Virus record (IMG/VR): IMGVR_UViG_3300038976_000028
Coordinates: 1 to 30,713 of that record
DNA length: 30,713 nucleotides
From: a virus
Taxonomy: Duplodnaviria; Caudoviricetes
Reading direction: 5' to 3' (one strand)
In this document: positions 1-9,184 of the stretch, piece after piece
Numbering within the stretch: the first letter of the stretch is position 1
Layout of the letters: each line of letters begins with the position of its first letter
Notes under the pieces: model-generated
What the model saw: the letters and a program-made list of their open reading frames with translations, nothing else
What the model was told of the DNA's origin: nothing
The model's database searches: none
Translations under genes and position numbers: made by a program

Positions 1-2
1 TT

Positions 3-476
3 GATCGCACCACCGGAGTTCTGCATGACCTGCAACTCCACGTAATCCGTGGCGTTCAGGAAGATCAGCTGTGTGCCCACGGCCATGTCCGTGCCGCCGG
101 CGCTACCTGCATTGCCCTGGGTCTGGGTGCCAGCCTGCACGGTGCCGTTGACCGCGAGCCGGGTACCCCGCTGCCCGGAACCGCTGGCGGAGATCGCGCC
201 GATGCCGCCCACCAGGAACCAGCCGGCGGTCTGCGCGACGTACCGGGACGTGTTCGTGCTCGTGGAGTGCCCGCCGTCGTTGTCGACGTCCTCCACGTCG
301 AAGTTGATCGCCGCCCAGATGGTGCTGCTCAGGGACTGCGCGGCGGTCTGCCGCAGCCGGGCCCGGGGTCGGGAACTCACCCAGAACTGGCCGTCGTCGC
401 GGATGTTGGAGTTCAACATCGCCGCGGTGACGACCTCGCCGTCGGTCCACGTCCGGTAACTCGGGACCGTCGCCAC
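3..476 (-). CDS. Tail fibre / receptor-binding protein with C1q/TNF-like domain (3' truncated; not in ORF track)
   Basis: GTG at 476 after GAGGAG; translates MATVPSYRTWTDGEVVTAAMLNSNIRD...INFDVEDVDNDGGHSTSTNTSRYVAQTAGWFLV...LNATDYVELQVMQNSG, open to the window edge; follows the minor tail gene. Confidence 0.8.
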   Translation of the reverse strand, partial: MATVPSYRTWTDGEVVTAAMLNSNIRDDGQFWVSSRPRARLRQTAAQSLSSTIWAAINFDVEDVDNDGGHSTSTNTSRYVAQTAGWFLVGGIGAISASGSGQRGTRLAVNGTVQAGTQTQGNAGSAGGTDMAVGTQLIFLNATDYVELQVMQNSGGAI

Positions 477-490
477 GGGCGCTCCTCTCC

Positions 491-2902
491 CTACCAGGCC
501 GGAATGGTGGTGGTGCCCAGGACGGACAGGGACGGGTTCCCCAGCGCCCACACCTGCCAGGCGTCCGCGGTCGTGTTCAGCTGCAGGTCGTAGCGGGACC
601 ACGACACGGTCTCGGTGTAGCCCTCCACGAACAGCCCCACCGTCGACGCGGGGGCCTGCGGGGGCAGCCCGGACAGGCTGATCCGGTCCCCGACGTCCAC
701 GGTCAGCAGCTGCGCGACGAGGGTGTCGGGCAGGGTGTTCAGGTCGGCGACCAGGGTCGGGTACCGGCCGGCGGGCTGGGCGAACCTGTTGATCCGCCAC
801 CCCGCCGCCGAGTAGGCATCCAGCGGGTCGCGGGTCAGCAGCGTCAGGGTCTGGTCGTACGTGCCGCGCTGCGTCACCGACGCCGCCGACACCAGCCGGA
901 CACCGGCACCGTCCTGCGTGGTAACCGTGACGTCGTTGACCACGTCGGTGTCGTCGTACACGACGGTCAGGCCGGGATTGACGTCGCCAGAGTCCAGCCC
1001 GACCGCGGTCGGGCGGTTGTACCGGTGACCGCGGGCCTGGAACTGCAGCCGGCCGGTCCGGTCGATCAGCACCAGGCCGCCCTCGGTGGTGGCGACGTCG
1101 TTCATGGCGGCGAGCGGGTCCGCGCCGCCGTCGGCCTGCCCGTACACCATCGCGTTTCCCACCTCCAGGTCCAGCGAGGACGCGGCCAAGGTGGTGGTGG
1201 TGCCCAGCACGGACAGGGACGCCGACCCGAGGACCCACACCCCCGACAGGCTGCCCGGGGTCAGGGACGCCAGCCCGGCGTACGCGGCAAGCCGGGACAC
1301 CCGCTGGTCGGAGCGCTCCCCGCCGAAGCCGTCCCAGCCGGCGTGCCAGTGCGCGGCGAGCCGGTCCGCGGACAGCGCCGCCGCGTACACCCCGACGTGG
1401 TTGATCGTCCCGGCGAACAGGCCCAACTTCGCGCCGCCGCCGACGGACAGGTAGGAGGCGCCGAGCCCGACCGTGGTCGACGCGATCCCGGCGGTGGTGA
1501 CCAGCACACCGTCCACGTACAGCCGGGCCGTGTGGTTCGCCCCGTCGTGCACGTACGTCGCCGCGACGTGGTGGGTGGCGCCGTCGGCGACCGACGCGGA
1601 CGACGTCACCGACAGCGCACCGAAGTCCGAGTCCCACCGCAGCTTCCCGGTGCCCGCCTCGACCGACAGGGTGGGCCCCGCCCCGGTCGACCCCCGCACG
1701 GTGCCCGACAGGTCCAGGATGGCCCGGCCCGTCGTGGGCGTGTTGATGAACGCCTCGACCGTGACCGCCGCCGTCACCAGGAACGACGGCGCGGAGATGT
1801 ACCAGCCCGACGACGCCGACGCCGGCGCGAACATCGGCGCGGACGTGCCATCGGCGGGCGGACCGGTCGACCCGGCGAACGTCAGCGTGCCACCCCCGCC
1901 GGGGTTGACCGGCGTCCCGGCGCCCTGCCACGAACCCAGGTTGCCGACCTGCGTCGCGCCCTGCGGCTCATCCAACGGCAGGTACGTCACCGGCGAGTCG
2001 TACAGGGCCTCCTCGACGTCGAACGGCCGCAGCGTGCCGTGCCGCGGCAGCCGGCGCAGGATGTCGGTGGCGACCAGCTGGGTGGTCGCGGCGAGTCCTG
2101 CAGGCCCGTCCCACGTCATCGACCATTCCAGCGCCGGCCCGTAGAACCGGGGCAGTTTCACCGCGCCCGCAGCCAGCGCGGTCGCCGCCGCGCCCGTCTC
2201 GACCTGCCCGGCGTCCGTCCAGCACTGCCCGCCGCCGACCGACGACGTCACCTGCACCTGCAGGTTGTGGCTCGGCTGCGTGGCCACGAACGTCACCGTC
2301 GCCCGCGTGTAGGCGTCCTTCGTGGTGACCGCGGACCCGGTTGCCGCCACCCCGTCGCCCACCACCAGCTGCACGTCCGGCGAGCCGGTCGGCACGTACA
2401 CGTACCGACTGACCGTGTACTGCGTGCCGACGGTCAGGCCCTGGATGCGGCGCTGCGCGGCGGACGCGGTGGCCTGGTTGACCCAGGTGACCAGCATCGC
2501 CCAGCCGCCACCGTCGGCGTACACGTGGGTGGTCGACTGCGTCAGGCCGGGTCCCGTGCCCGGGCCGGCGGGCTGCCACTCACCGAGACCCTGCTCGTGG
2601 GAGTTGTTGTCCTCCCGGTTGACGGTCGACGGCATGATCACCGAGAGTCGGATAGGTGCCCCGTCGACCACGTACGGCGCGTACGGCGACGTCGCGAGGC
2701 CGGGAGTGAACCGGCCGTCGTCGTCGAACAGCTGGCAGGTCAACTGCCCCGGTGTCGGCAGGGACTGCTCGTTCACCCGGCCCCGGGTGACGGTCAGCGG
2801 GACCGCCTCCAGGTCCAGGAACGTCGACAGGTCATACCAGGACGGCACGCCGAAGAACGACCCGAACTGCGCCTCCAGCACGTACGCGGGCAGGCCCGTC
2901 AC
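491..2902 (-). CDS. Minor tail / baseplate hub protein with carbohydrate-binding (CBM4/9-like) and LamG/concanavalin-like domains, 803 aa
   Basis: GTG at 2902 overlaps the TMP stop (GTGA). VTRGR..PG.LT..L.D.DGRFTP N-terminus; GLTVGTQYTVSRYVYVP..TVTF.AT CBM-like segment; DGATHHVAATY..LYVDG..GTINHVGVY LamG signature; TEGG...DR.G.LQF hub segment. Confidence 0.82.
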   Translation of the reverse strand: MTGLPAYVLEAQFGSFFGVPSWYDLSTFLDLEAVPLTVTRGRVNEQSLPTPGQLTCQLFDDDGRFTPGLATSPYAPYVVDGAPIRLSVIMPSTVNREDNNSHEQGLGEWQPAGPGTGPGLTQSTTHVYADGGGWAMLVTWVNQATASAAQRRIQGLTVGTQYTVSRYVYVPTGSPDVQLVVGDGVAATGSAVTTKDAYTRATVTFVATQPSHNLQVQVTSSVGGGQCWTDAGQVETGAAATALAAGAVKLPRFYGPALEWSMTWDGPAGLAATTQLVATDILRRLPRHGTLRPFDVEEALYDSPVTYLPLDEPQGATQVGNLGSWQGAGTPVNPGGGGTLTFAGSTGPPADGTSAPMFAPASASSGWYISAPSFLVTAAVTVEAFINTPTTGRAILDLSGTVRGSTGAGPTLSVEAGTGKLRWDSDFGALSVTSSASVADGATHHVAATYVHDGANHTARLYVDGVLVTTAGIASTTVGLGASYLSVGGGAKLGLFAGTINHVGVYAAALSADRLAAHWHAGWDGFGGERSDQRVSRLAAYAGLASLTPGSLSGVWVLGSASLSVLGTTTTLAASSLDLEVGNAMVYGQADGGADPLAAMNDVATTEGGLVLIDRTGRLQFQARGHRYNRPTAVGLDSGDVNPGLTVVYDDTDVVNDVTVTTQDGAGVRLVSAASVTQRGTYDQTLTLLTRDPLDAYSAAGWRINRFAQPAGRYPTLVADLNTLPDTLVAQLLTVDVGDRISLSGLPPQAPASTVGLFVEGYTETVSWSRYDLQLNTTADAWQVWALGNPSLSVLGTTTIPAW

Positions 2903-4917
2903 GCCAGCCCCAGCTGCCCGGTGCGGCGCTTCCGGGTCAGCAACGACTCCTGGATCATCTTCCCGTCCAGGAAGAACTGCGCGACCAGGACCTCGCCGTC
3001 GGTTCCTGCCGTCCCTCCCCCGCCCCCGTGGCCGGCACGGTAGGCCCGGGCCTGTGCCACCGTCAGGACTACTTCGCCGGGCATCAGCAGCGCCGGCACC
3101 GAATCCCGGCCTGGTGTGCCCCCGGTGACCACACCACCGCGGGACATCTTCGTGACCGGCCCGTACTTCGTGTACGCGGTCACCGTCACGACGCGACCGG
3201 ACAGCTGATCCAGCTCCCGCTTGACCGTCGTCAGCACGCCGGTGGCCCGGTCCAGCACCCGCACCGTGACGTCCTTGCGGATCGGCTTGGACGCCGCCCG
3301 CCCCCAGGAGTCCACCTTCGCCTGCGCCGCCGCCAACTCCCGGTCGGCCGAGTCGCGGAAGTTGCGGACGGCCTTCTCGGCCGTCCGGAACGGCGCACCC
3401 AACGGCCCGGGCATCTTCCCCGCCGCGTGCAGCACCCCGATCACGAACCCGAGGACCGCATCCAGCATGAACTTGCAGGCCGTGAGCACGCCCCCCGCGA
3501 CCCCGCGGAACACGGTCATCACGACGTCCCGGAACGTCTCCGACCGCTTCCATGCCACGATCAGCGCCGCCGCGAGGCCGATGACCGCCAGTATGATGAT
3601 CCCGATCGGGTTCGCCGCCAGCACGGCGTCCAGAATCGCCTGCACCGCCGCCCACGCGGCCGTCGCGGCCCGGACGACGGCCATCGCCGCCGCGTACACC
3701 CGCAGCGCGGCCACGATGGCCAGGACCCCGGCGATCAGCGGGATCAGCCAGCCGCGGATCTTCAGCAGCCACTGCCCGAACCCGAGCAGCGCCGGCAGCA
3801 CCGTGTCCCGCAGGAACCCGCCGAACGACGCCAGCATCGGCAGGACGCTGCCCATGAAGAACCGGTACAGGACCCCGGCGGCGTTGCCGACCTCCTGCAG
3901 GAACAGGGTGAAACCCTGCCCGTTCGTCACCCCGTTGTGGAACGAGTCGACGATCCGCTTCACGGCGACGCCGATGTGTTCCATCGCGCCGACGAAACCG
4001 CTCGATGTGACGCCCTCGCCCTGGAAGGCCGAGATCAGCCCCTCGACACCGCGCCGCCCGGTGTGGAACCAGCCGATGGCCGTGTCGAGGGCCTTCGGGA
4101 TCTTGTCGGCGAGCCAGTTCGCGACCGCGTTGAACGCCGGCAGCAGGGCTGTCCCGATCGACTCTTTGATGTTCCCCCACACCACGCCGAGCTTCTGCCC
4201 GGCGGTCGCGCTGGCCGCGGCCGAACCGCCGAACTCCTTGCCCAACTCGTTGAGGATGACGCCCTGCGCCTTGGCTAGTTGGCCGTGCTTGATGAACCCG
4301 GCGATCTGGTCCTTCTGCTGCTTGGTGAAGGTGACGCCGACCTTCCCCAGTGCGGTCATGCCCTTGATCGGGTCGTTGAGAGCTTTCCCGACCTGGATCG
4401 TGCTGGCCTTCAGACCCTCGGTGGAGATCGCGCCGTTGTTCATGCCGGCGGTCATGTCGACGATCGCCCGGGTGGCCTGGTTGAAGATGTCTTTGCCTTT
4501 GCCCGATTCGTTGCGGACGTTCGTGAACGTCAGCAGCAGGTTCTCGCCGGACTGGATGGCCTCGTCGTCCACGCCGACTTTGTTGCTGATCGACGAGGCG
4601 AGGTCTCCGATCTGCTGCGCCGAGATGTGCGCGACGCCGCCCGTGGACTTGATGACGGCCGCGGTCTGCGCGCCGGCCTTCTGCGCCTCGACTGCCTCGG
4701 AGTAGAAGCCCTTGAACGTCTCGACGAGGCCGCCGATGCCGGCCGCGCCGACCGCCAGCCCGACACCGGTCCGGACCGCCGCGCCGAAGTGGCCGAAGTG
4801 CGCCGACAGGACCCCCATGTGCTTGCCGGTGGTCTCCGCCGCCCGGCCGACCTTGTTGAACGCGCCCGACGCGTTGTCCTTCGCGAAGATGTCGAAGGTC
4901 AGGGAGCGGTTAGCCAT
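2899..4917 (-). CDS. Tape measure protein, 672 aa
   Basis: FDIFAKDNAS N-terminus, QVGKALNDPIKGMTAL, EFGGSA and ANPIGIIILAV motifs; Ala/Gly-rich helical; directly after the chaperone genes. Confidence 0.95.
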   Translation of the reverse strand: MANRSLTFDIFAKDNASGAFNKVGRAAETTGKHMGVLSAHFGHFGAAVRTGVGLAVGAAGIGGLVETFKGFYSEAVEAQKAGAQTAAVIKSTGGVAHISAQQIGDLASSISNKVGVDDEAIQSGENLLLTFTNVRNESGKGKDIFNQATRAIVDMTAGMNNGAISTEGLKASTIQVGKALNDPIKGMTALGKVGVTFTKQQKDQIAGFIKHGQLAKAQGVILNELGKEFGGSAAASATAGQKLGVVWGNIKESIGTALLPAFNAVANWLADKIPKALDTAIGWFHTGRRGVEGLISAFQGEGVTSSGFVGAMEHIGVAVKRIVDSFHNGVTNGQGFTLFLQEVGNAAGVLYRFFMGSVLPMLASFGGFLRDTVLPALLGFGQWLLKIRGWLIPLIAGVLAIVAALRVYAAAMAVVRAATAAWAAVQAILDAVLAANPIGIIILAVIGLAAALIVAWKRSETFRDVVMTVFRGVAGGVLTACKFMLDAVLGFVIGVLHAAGKMPGPLGAPFRTAEKAVRNFRDSADRELAAAQAKVDSWGRAASKPIRKDVTVRVLDRATGVLTTVKRELDQLSGRVVTVTAYTKYGPVTKMSRGGVVTGGTPGRDSVPALLMPGEVVLTVAQARAYRAGHGGGGGTAGTDGEVLVAQFFLDGKMIQESLLTRKRRTGQLGLA

Positions 4918-5203
4918 TCTTCGCCGCCTCCCTCAGTGCTGCGTCGGCGGCCGCGCGCATCGTGCGGAACGTCTGGTAGGGCAGGTGCTCGGGGTCGCCG
5001 ACGTCACGGTCGAGGTCGCACCAGCGGACACCGAACATCTCCCAGAGGAGGTTCAGGTAGCGGGTGGCGTCGTCGTCGAGGGTCCGCCCCGGTCGTCGTC
5101 GAACACCCCGGCCTCGTCGAGATTCCGGGTCAGCGTCGCCACCGCCCGGGTCGCCGTAGGGTCCGGCTCGACCTGCTCCGGTTCGTCCCCCAGCTGCTCG
5201 AAC
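4910..5203 (-). CDS. Tail assembly chaperone C-terminal extension (gpT-like), reached by a -1 frameshift
   Basis: Open -1 frame with no convincing start: ...TLDDDATRYLNLLWEMFGVRWCDLDRDVGDPEHLPYQTFRTMRAAADAALREAAKNG*, with its stop overlapping the TMP start. Confidence 0.75.
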   Translation of the reverse strand, partial: VRAAGGRTGAGRAGPYGDPGGGDADPESRRGRGVRRRPGRTLDDDATRYLNLLWEMFGVRWCDLDRDVGDPEHLPYQTFRTMRAAADAALREAAKNG

Positions 5204-5418
5204 TCACCGAACTCCATGTCGTCCAAGTCGGTGAACCTCAGCGTCGGCTGCTCGCGTTTCATCGCCACCCAGACCATCGCCTGCATGGCCGTCACACCGC
5301 CCTGATCCCGCAGCTTGTCGAAGGTCATCCCGCAGGCCCGCTCGACCGCGCGTGCCTCCGCGAACGTCAACTTCTCCTCGTCCAGCCCGTACTTGGTGCC
5401 ACGCGCGATGAACTTCAC
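5053..5418 (-). CDS. Tail assembly chaperone (gpG-like), 121 aa
   Basis: GTG at 5418 (GTGA overlap); LTFAEARAVERACG..AMVWVAMKR..LRFTD; acidic tail; located upstream of the TMP. Confidence 0.8.
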   Translation of the reverse strand: MKFIARGTKYGLDEEKLTFAEARAVERACGMTFDKLRDQGGVTAMQAMVWVAMKREQPTLRFTDLDDMEFGEFEQLGDEPEQVEPDPTATRAVATLTRNLDEAGVFDDDRGGPSTTTPPAT

Positions 5419-5576
5419 GTCTGCCTTCCCTGTTCGGCCAGCATTACGCCCAGGATTCGGACTGCCTGCCACTCGGTGAATCCCGATTCGACGAGCGTCA
5501 CGAACAGCTCGTGAAGGCCGGAGGCGGCCTCTGACAACGGCGTAGTCGGATCGCCAGAACTCTTGGCCTGCTCCAC
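5415..5576 (-). CDS. Small hypothetical phage protein, 53 aa
   Basis: GTG at 5576 after GGGGAG; LHELFVTLVESGFTEWQAVRIL motif; stop coupled to the chaperone start. Confidence 0.65.
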   Translation of the reverse strand: MEQAKSSGDPTTPLSEAASGLHELFVTLVESGFTEWQAVRILGVMLAEQGRQT

Positions 5577-5587
5577 GGTCTCCCCCG

Positions 5588-6043
5588 TCAGATCTTCTCC
5601 AGCACGGCGTCCATCGCGGCCAGCATCTCCGCCTGCACCTGCTCGGCCCGGGCAGCCATGGCATCGGTGAACCAGCCCGGCTTGACTGCCTGCGTCACCC
5701 ACACGTTCGCGTTGCCCCACACCGGGTGACGAAGCCGGCCGCGGTCCAATGAGGACAGTGCCCGGACCTTCTTCCCCTTCGCGACCACCCGGATGCCGGG
5801 GCTGTTCCCCGCGCTCCTGGTCCGGATCGAGAACCCCGACGCCGCGACCTCGGTGGCCAGGCCGCCCCCGTGGGGCAGGTCCCGCAGGGCGCCGGCCTTC
5901 GCGGCCTCCGTCAGCGGCTTACCTGCGACCCGCAGCGCGCGCAGGAACTCCTTCCGCATCTCCTTGTCCCCGGCCGCCTTCATCCGCTTGGCGACCTCGC
6001 GCAGCTTGTCCGCGCCGGTCACCCGGATGTCGATCTCGGCCAT
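5588..6043 (-). CDS. HK97 gp10-like tail completion protein, 151 aa
   Basis: ATG at 6043 (TGATG overlap); IRVTGADKL, GRLRHPVWG and PGWFT motifs; basic. Confidence 0.75.
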   Translation of the reverse strand: MAEIDIRVTGADKLREVAKRMKAAGDKEMRKEFLRALRVAGKPLTEAAKAGALRDLPHGGGLATEVAASGFSIRTRSAGNSPGIRVVAKGKKVRALSSLDRGRLRHPVWGNANVWVTQAVKPGWFTDAMAARAEQVQAEMLAAMDAVLEKI

Positions 6044-7101
6044 CAGAGCGTCGTGTCCGTGCTCACGAGCCGCACCTGGAATTGGGCGTTGGTGCCGTCC
6101 TCGAACGCCTCCAGCGTCACCGACTGCTGCACCAGGTCCGGGCCGGACACATTCGGCGCCCCGTCGGTAACCTTGCACGCCGGGGCAATAAAGCTGAGGC
6201 GGAACGGGTTCGACGAGCCGGCGTCGCCCTGCGCGAAGTCGAGCTGGAACGCGGTCGTCGTGTTCGCCTTGAGCAGGTCGTACAGCTCGGTCCGGGAGGT
6301 GTACTCCGCGTCCAGTTTGATCACGTACGTGCAGGGGCCGTTGTTGATCTGCTCGCCCTTGACACCCGCGTTCCCGAGGCCGTACCGGTCGACGGCCAGC
6401 GGCGTCGTCCCGGTGATCGTCACGCCCTTGACCAGCGTCACGACGGGCACCCCGGAGGCGATGGTGATCTGCGGGACCGCGCCACCCGTCGACGGGGTGC
6501 CACCCAGGGTGAACGAGCCGGAGGCGACGTCCTCGAAGGAGAAGATCCCCTGCGACGCCGTGTAAGAGGCCGTCGCCAGGGCCGTGGCCGTGGCCTCCTG
6601 CCAGCCGTCGAACGTCACCTTGAGCTTGGCGATGTCCCCGTCGGTGCAGGTGAACTCCCACTGCACCACCTTGCAGCCCCGGTACGTGTGCGCCCGCACC
6701 GTGCCGCCCGGTTCGGTCCGGCCGACCTGGATCGTCAGCCCCAGGCCCGTCTTCCCCGTCGACGTCGACGGGATGATCACCGACTGCCAGGCGGTGGTCG
6801 CCGCGATCTGCACCGGGATCGTAATCGCCGACCCGATGCAGTGCTTCCACAGCAGGGCCATGTGCCCCCGGTCGGGGTGCTCCATGTTGATGTCCCCGGT
6901 CACCGTCACCCGGGACTGGGTGACGCGGGTGACGCGGGTGCCCAGGAAGCCGGCGCGCAGGCCCTGCCCGCGCAGCCACGTCGGCTGCCACTGCAGGCCC
7001 TCGTCGAGGATCTCGTAGAAGGTGTCGACCACGATCTCGGTGCCGACCGTGGTCTCCGCTTTGAGGCCGAGCTGCGCGCTCAGACCCGAGCCGATCGCCA
7101 C
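6043..7101 (-). CDS. Major tail tube protein, 352 aa
   Basis: GLSAQLGLKAETTVG N-terminus, LTIQVGR..TYRGCKV..WEF; size and position fit. Confidence 0.9.
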   Translation of the reverse strand: MAIGSGLSAQLGLKAETTVGTEIVVDTFYEILDEGLQWQPTWLRGQGLRAGFLGTRVTRVTQSRVTVTGDINMEHPDRGHMALLWKHCIGSAITIPVQIAATTAWQSVIIPSTSTGKTGLGLTIQVGRTEPGGTVRAHTYRGCKVVQWEFTCTDGDIAKLKVTFDGWQEATATALATASYTASQGIFSFEDVASGSFTLGGTPSTGGAVPQITIASGVPVVTLVKGVTITGTTPLAVDRYGLGNAGVKGEQINNGPCTYVIKLDAEYTSRTELYDLLKANTTTAFQLDFAQGDAGSSNPFRLSFIAPACKVTDGAPNVSGPDLVQQSVTLEAFEDGTNAQFQVRLVSTDTTL

Positions 7102-7104
7102 CGC

Positions 7105-7344
7105 CTACACCTCGTCCTTCGTCGTAGCCGGCTTCCGCCTGGCCTTCGGCTCGTCCTCAACCGCCCAGTTCGTGGCCGGAAGCAGGTATTGCCCGTCCGG
7201 GTCGGCCGGGTCGCCGCACAGCCAGCCGCCGTCGACCTGCTCGATCACCTCGCCGGGCATCCCCACCAGTTCGTCGGGCTCGACGGTGCGGCCCAGCAGC
7301 GGCACGTCGTGCGCCTCCGGGCCCTTGAAGCGGACACGCGCCAT
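7105..7344 (-). CDS. Small virion-module protein, 79 aa
   Basis: ATG at 7344 after AGGGAG; MARVRFKGPEAHDVPLLGRTVEPDELV; fills the gap before the tube gene. Confidence 0.7.
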   Translation of the reverse strand: MARVRFKGPEAHDVPLLGRTVEPDELVGMPGEVIEQVDGGWLCGDPADPDGQYLLPATNWAVEDEPKARRKPATTKDEV

Positions 7345-7355
7345 CGGTGCTCCCT

Positions 7356-7832
7356 CTAGACCCTGGTCCGGACGTGGATGGTGAACGGGATGCGGGCCTG
7401 CAGCCCGGTCGGGCCCTGCTCCTGGAACAGCTCTCCGCCGGCAAACTCGGCCCACGTCGGCTGTGGCAGGCCCAGACCGATAGTCGCCGCGGCCCGCAGC
7501 ACCGCCCCGACCGCGTCGAGCACGGCCACCGCCGCGGCCCGCCGGCCGGGAACGTCTTCCGCGTCGCCGGACCACGACACGACGCAGCACTGGATGTCGA
7601 ACTCCTCGTCGCGGCGCAGCGCACCCAGCCCGGCCCACGTCTGCGACCAGCCGTCGGTCGCCGCGTAGTCCCCCTCCGGCTGCCCGTCGTACCCAACGAA
7701 CACCGCCGAGGTCGGCCTGTCCCCGATGACGACCGGCCCGTCATACACGGTCGCCAGCGAGGTCACCGACGGCGCCGCGTTCAGGGCGGCGACGACCGCG
7801 AGGATCGCGTCGTGCAGCCGCGACGTGGTCAC
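7356..7832 (-). CDS. Tail terminator / head-tail joining protein, 158 aa
   Basis: GTG at 7832 (GTGA overlap); VYDGP, RDEEFDIQC and FTIHVRTRV beta pattern; lies between adaptor and tube. Confidence 0.7.
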   Translation of the reverse strand: MTTSRLHDAILAVVAALNAAPSVTSLATVYDGPVVIGDRPTSAVFVGYDGQPEGDYAATDGWSQTWAGLGALRRDEEFDIQCCVVSWSGDAEDVPGRRAAAVAVLDAVGAVLRAAATIGLGLPQPTWAEFAGGELFQEQGPTGLQARIPFTIHVRTRV

Positions 7833-8677
7833 GCGACCGGCGGCATGACCGCGTCCGGGGCCAGCAACTCCAGCGCCCGGTTCGGCACGCCGAACCCCCA
7901 GCCGGGCAGGACCGTGACCTCCTCCGCGCCGAGGATCCGGGCCGGCGACGTCGGGCCGCCGTACTGCGTCTCCCACAGGTGCCCGATGATGATCAGCGCG
8001 GCCTCGGTGAAGTGCGCCGGGACCACCAGCCGGCCGGCGACGTAGGTGATCCGCTGCCCGCCGGAGATCCGCCACCGGTCCGGCCGCCACACCACCCCCG
8101 TCACCGGGTCGAAGTCCAGGGCGGTGAGCGGGTCGACCTGGCCGCCGGTGTAGATCGCGGCCAGAGAGGTCAGAGAGATGACCGGGGTGTGGTGCAAGCA
8201 GATCCGCGGCGCCGGGTGGGTGATGATGTCGACGAAGCTGCGGGGCATGACCGGGCCGACCCGCTGCTCGACCACGGCGGTGGTTGAGGCGATGATCGTG
8301 CGCAGGCCGGCGTCGTTGACGGTGGACGTCTTCCCGATGTCGGTCTTCGCGTCGTCGAGCGACACGATCGGGTAGGTCTCGGTCGGGTCCTCGACGTCGA
8401 AGACGTCGACGATCTGCCCGGCGCCGGTGCCGGTCGGCTGCCACCAGTACCGGTATCGGCCGGCCGTGAGCCCCGCCGGCACGTCGAAGTGGAACGTGCC
8501 GAGGCTGTCGCGGACGATCTCGGCCGGGCTGGGCCAGTGCTTCACCGTCGCCGTCGACCCGGGCAGGGCCAGCGCCCAGGTCAGGGTCAGCGCGGTCGGG
8601 TCCACGAGCGCCTGCGTGGCCATGTCCCGGATCGTCGTCGCCAGGGTGAACGGCTGCCCGGACGGATAACGGGGCAT
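7829..8677 (-). CDS. Head-tail adaptor (HK97 gp6 / SPP1 gp15-like) with an extra N-terminal Ig-like domain, 282 aa
   Basis: C-terminal part IVSLDDAK...ITYVAG..VPAHFTEAALIIIGHLWETQ; N-terminal ~95 aa LVDPTALTLT..GTFHFDV..GRYRYWW reads as a beta-sandwich. Confidence 0.8.
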   Translation of the reverse strand: MPRYPSGQPFTLATTIRDMATQALVDPTALTLTWALALPGSTATVKHWPSPAEIVRDSLGTFHFDVPAGLTAGRYRYWWQPTGTGAGQIVDVFDVEDPTETYPIVSLDDAKTDIGKTSTVNDAGLRTIIASTTAVVEQRVGPVMPRSFVDIITHPAPRICLHHTPVISLTSLAAIYTGGQVDPLTALDFDPVTGVVWRPDRWRISGGQRITYVAGRLVVPAHFTEAALIIIGHLWETQYGGPTSPARILGAEEVTVLPGWGFGVPNRALELLAPDAVMPPVA

Positions 8678-8678
8678 G

Positions 8679-9074
8679 TCAGGCCGCGATGGGGGTCAGC
8701 GCGAACGTGAGCGCGGTGATGTTGAGCGTGTCGCCGTTGGTCACCGTCTTCGACGCGGCGAGCGCGGCGGAGTAGAAGAACGTGCCAGCCGACGACGCCG
8801 ACCAGGCGGAGATGTGCGTGATCGTGTCGCCGCCGGTCGCGGAGAACGACACCGTGGCGACCAGCGACGCCGAGCCGGCCGAGCCGGCGTTCATGTTGAA
8901 CGCGGACCGGGTGGCGATGCCGGTGGATACTGCGGTCGTGCCGGACGCGCCCGGGTCGGCGGTGTGGCACTGGAGGAACATGGTGGTCACGCCGGTGAAC
9001 GTGGCCGCCGACGTGCCGCGGATCGTGTTGAGCCAGGCGTTGGCCGTGTTGACGGCGGATAGGCCGGCGGTCAC
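8679..9074 (-). CDS. Conserved small virion structural protein (fibre-base type), 131 aa
   Basis: LQCHTADPG, TITHISAWSASSAGTF and SKTVTNGDTL motifs, seen in phage structural modules; GAGGAGG RBS. Confidence 0.75.
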   Translation of the reverse strand: MTAGLSAVNTANAWLNTIRGTSAATFTGVTTMFLQCHTADPGASGTTAVSTGIATRSAFNMNAGSAGSASLVATVSFSATGGDTITHISAWSASSAGTFFYSAALAASKTVTNGDTLNITALTFALTPIAA

Positions 9075-9184
9075 TGGTCCTCCTCAGGCTCGGGGGGCGG
9101 CTTGGGTTCGCCGGGGATCACTTCGGCCTCGGCGATGAGGACCAACTCCCAGCGGTTCACGATCGGCTCGGGGTCGGGGGTCAT
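9071..9184 (-). CDS. 37-aa microprotein (not in ORF track)
   Basis: MTPDPEPIVNRWELVLIAEAEVIPGEPKPPPEPEEDQ*; ATGA overlap upstream and GTGA overlap downstream; fills the gap exactly. Confidence 0.7.
   Translation of the reverse strand: MTPDPEPIVNRWELVLIAEAEVIPGEPKPPPEPEEDQ

Noticed and set aside
2903-4180. N-terminal 426 aa of the 1229-aa ORF
   Set aside because: Out-of-frame overlap with the TMP; the real start is the coupled GTG at 2902.
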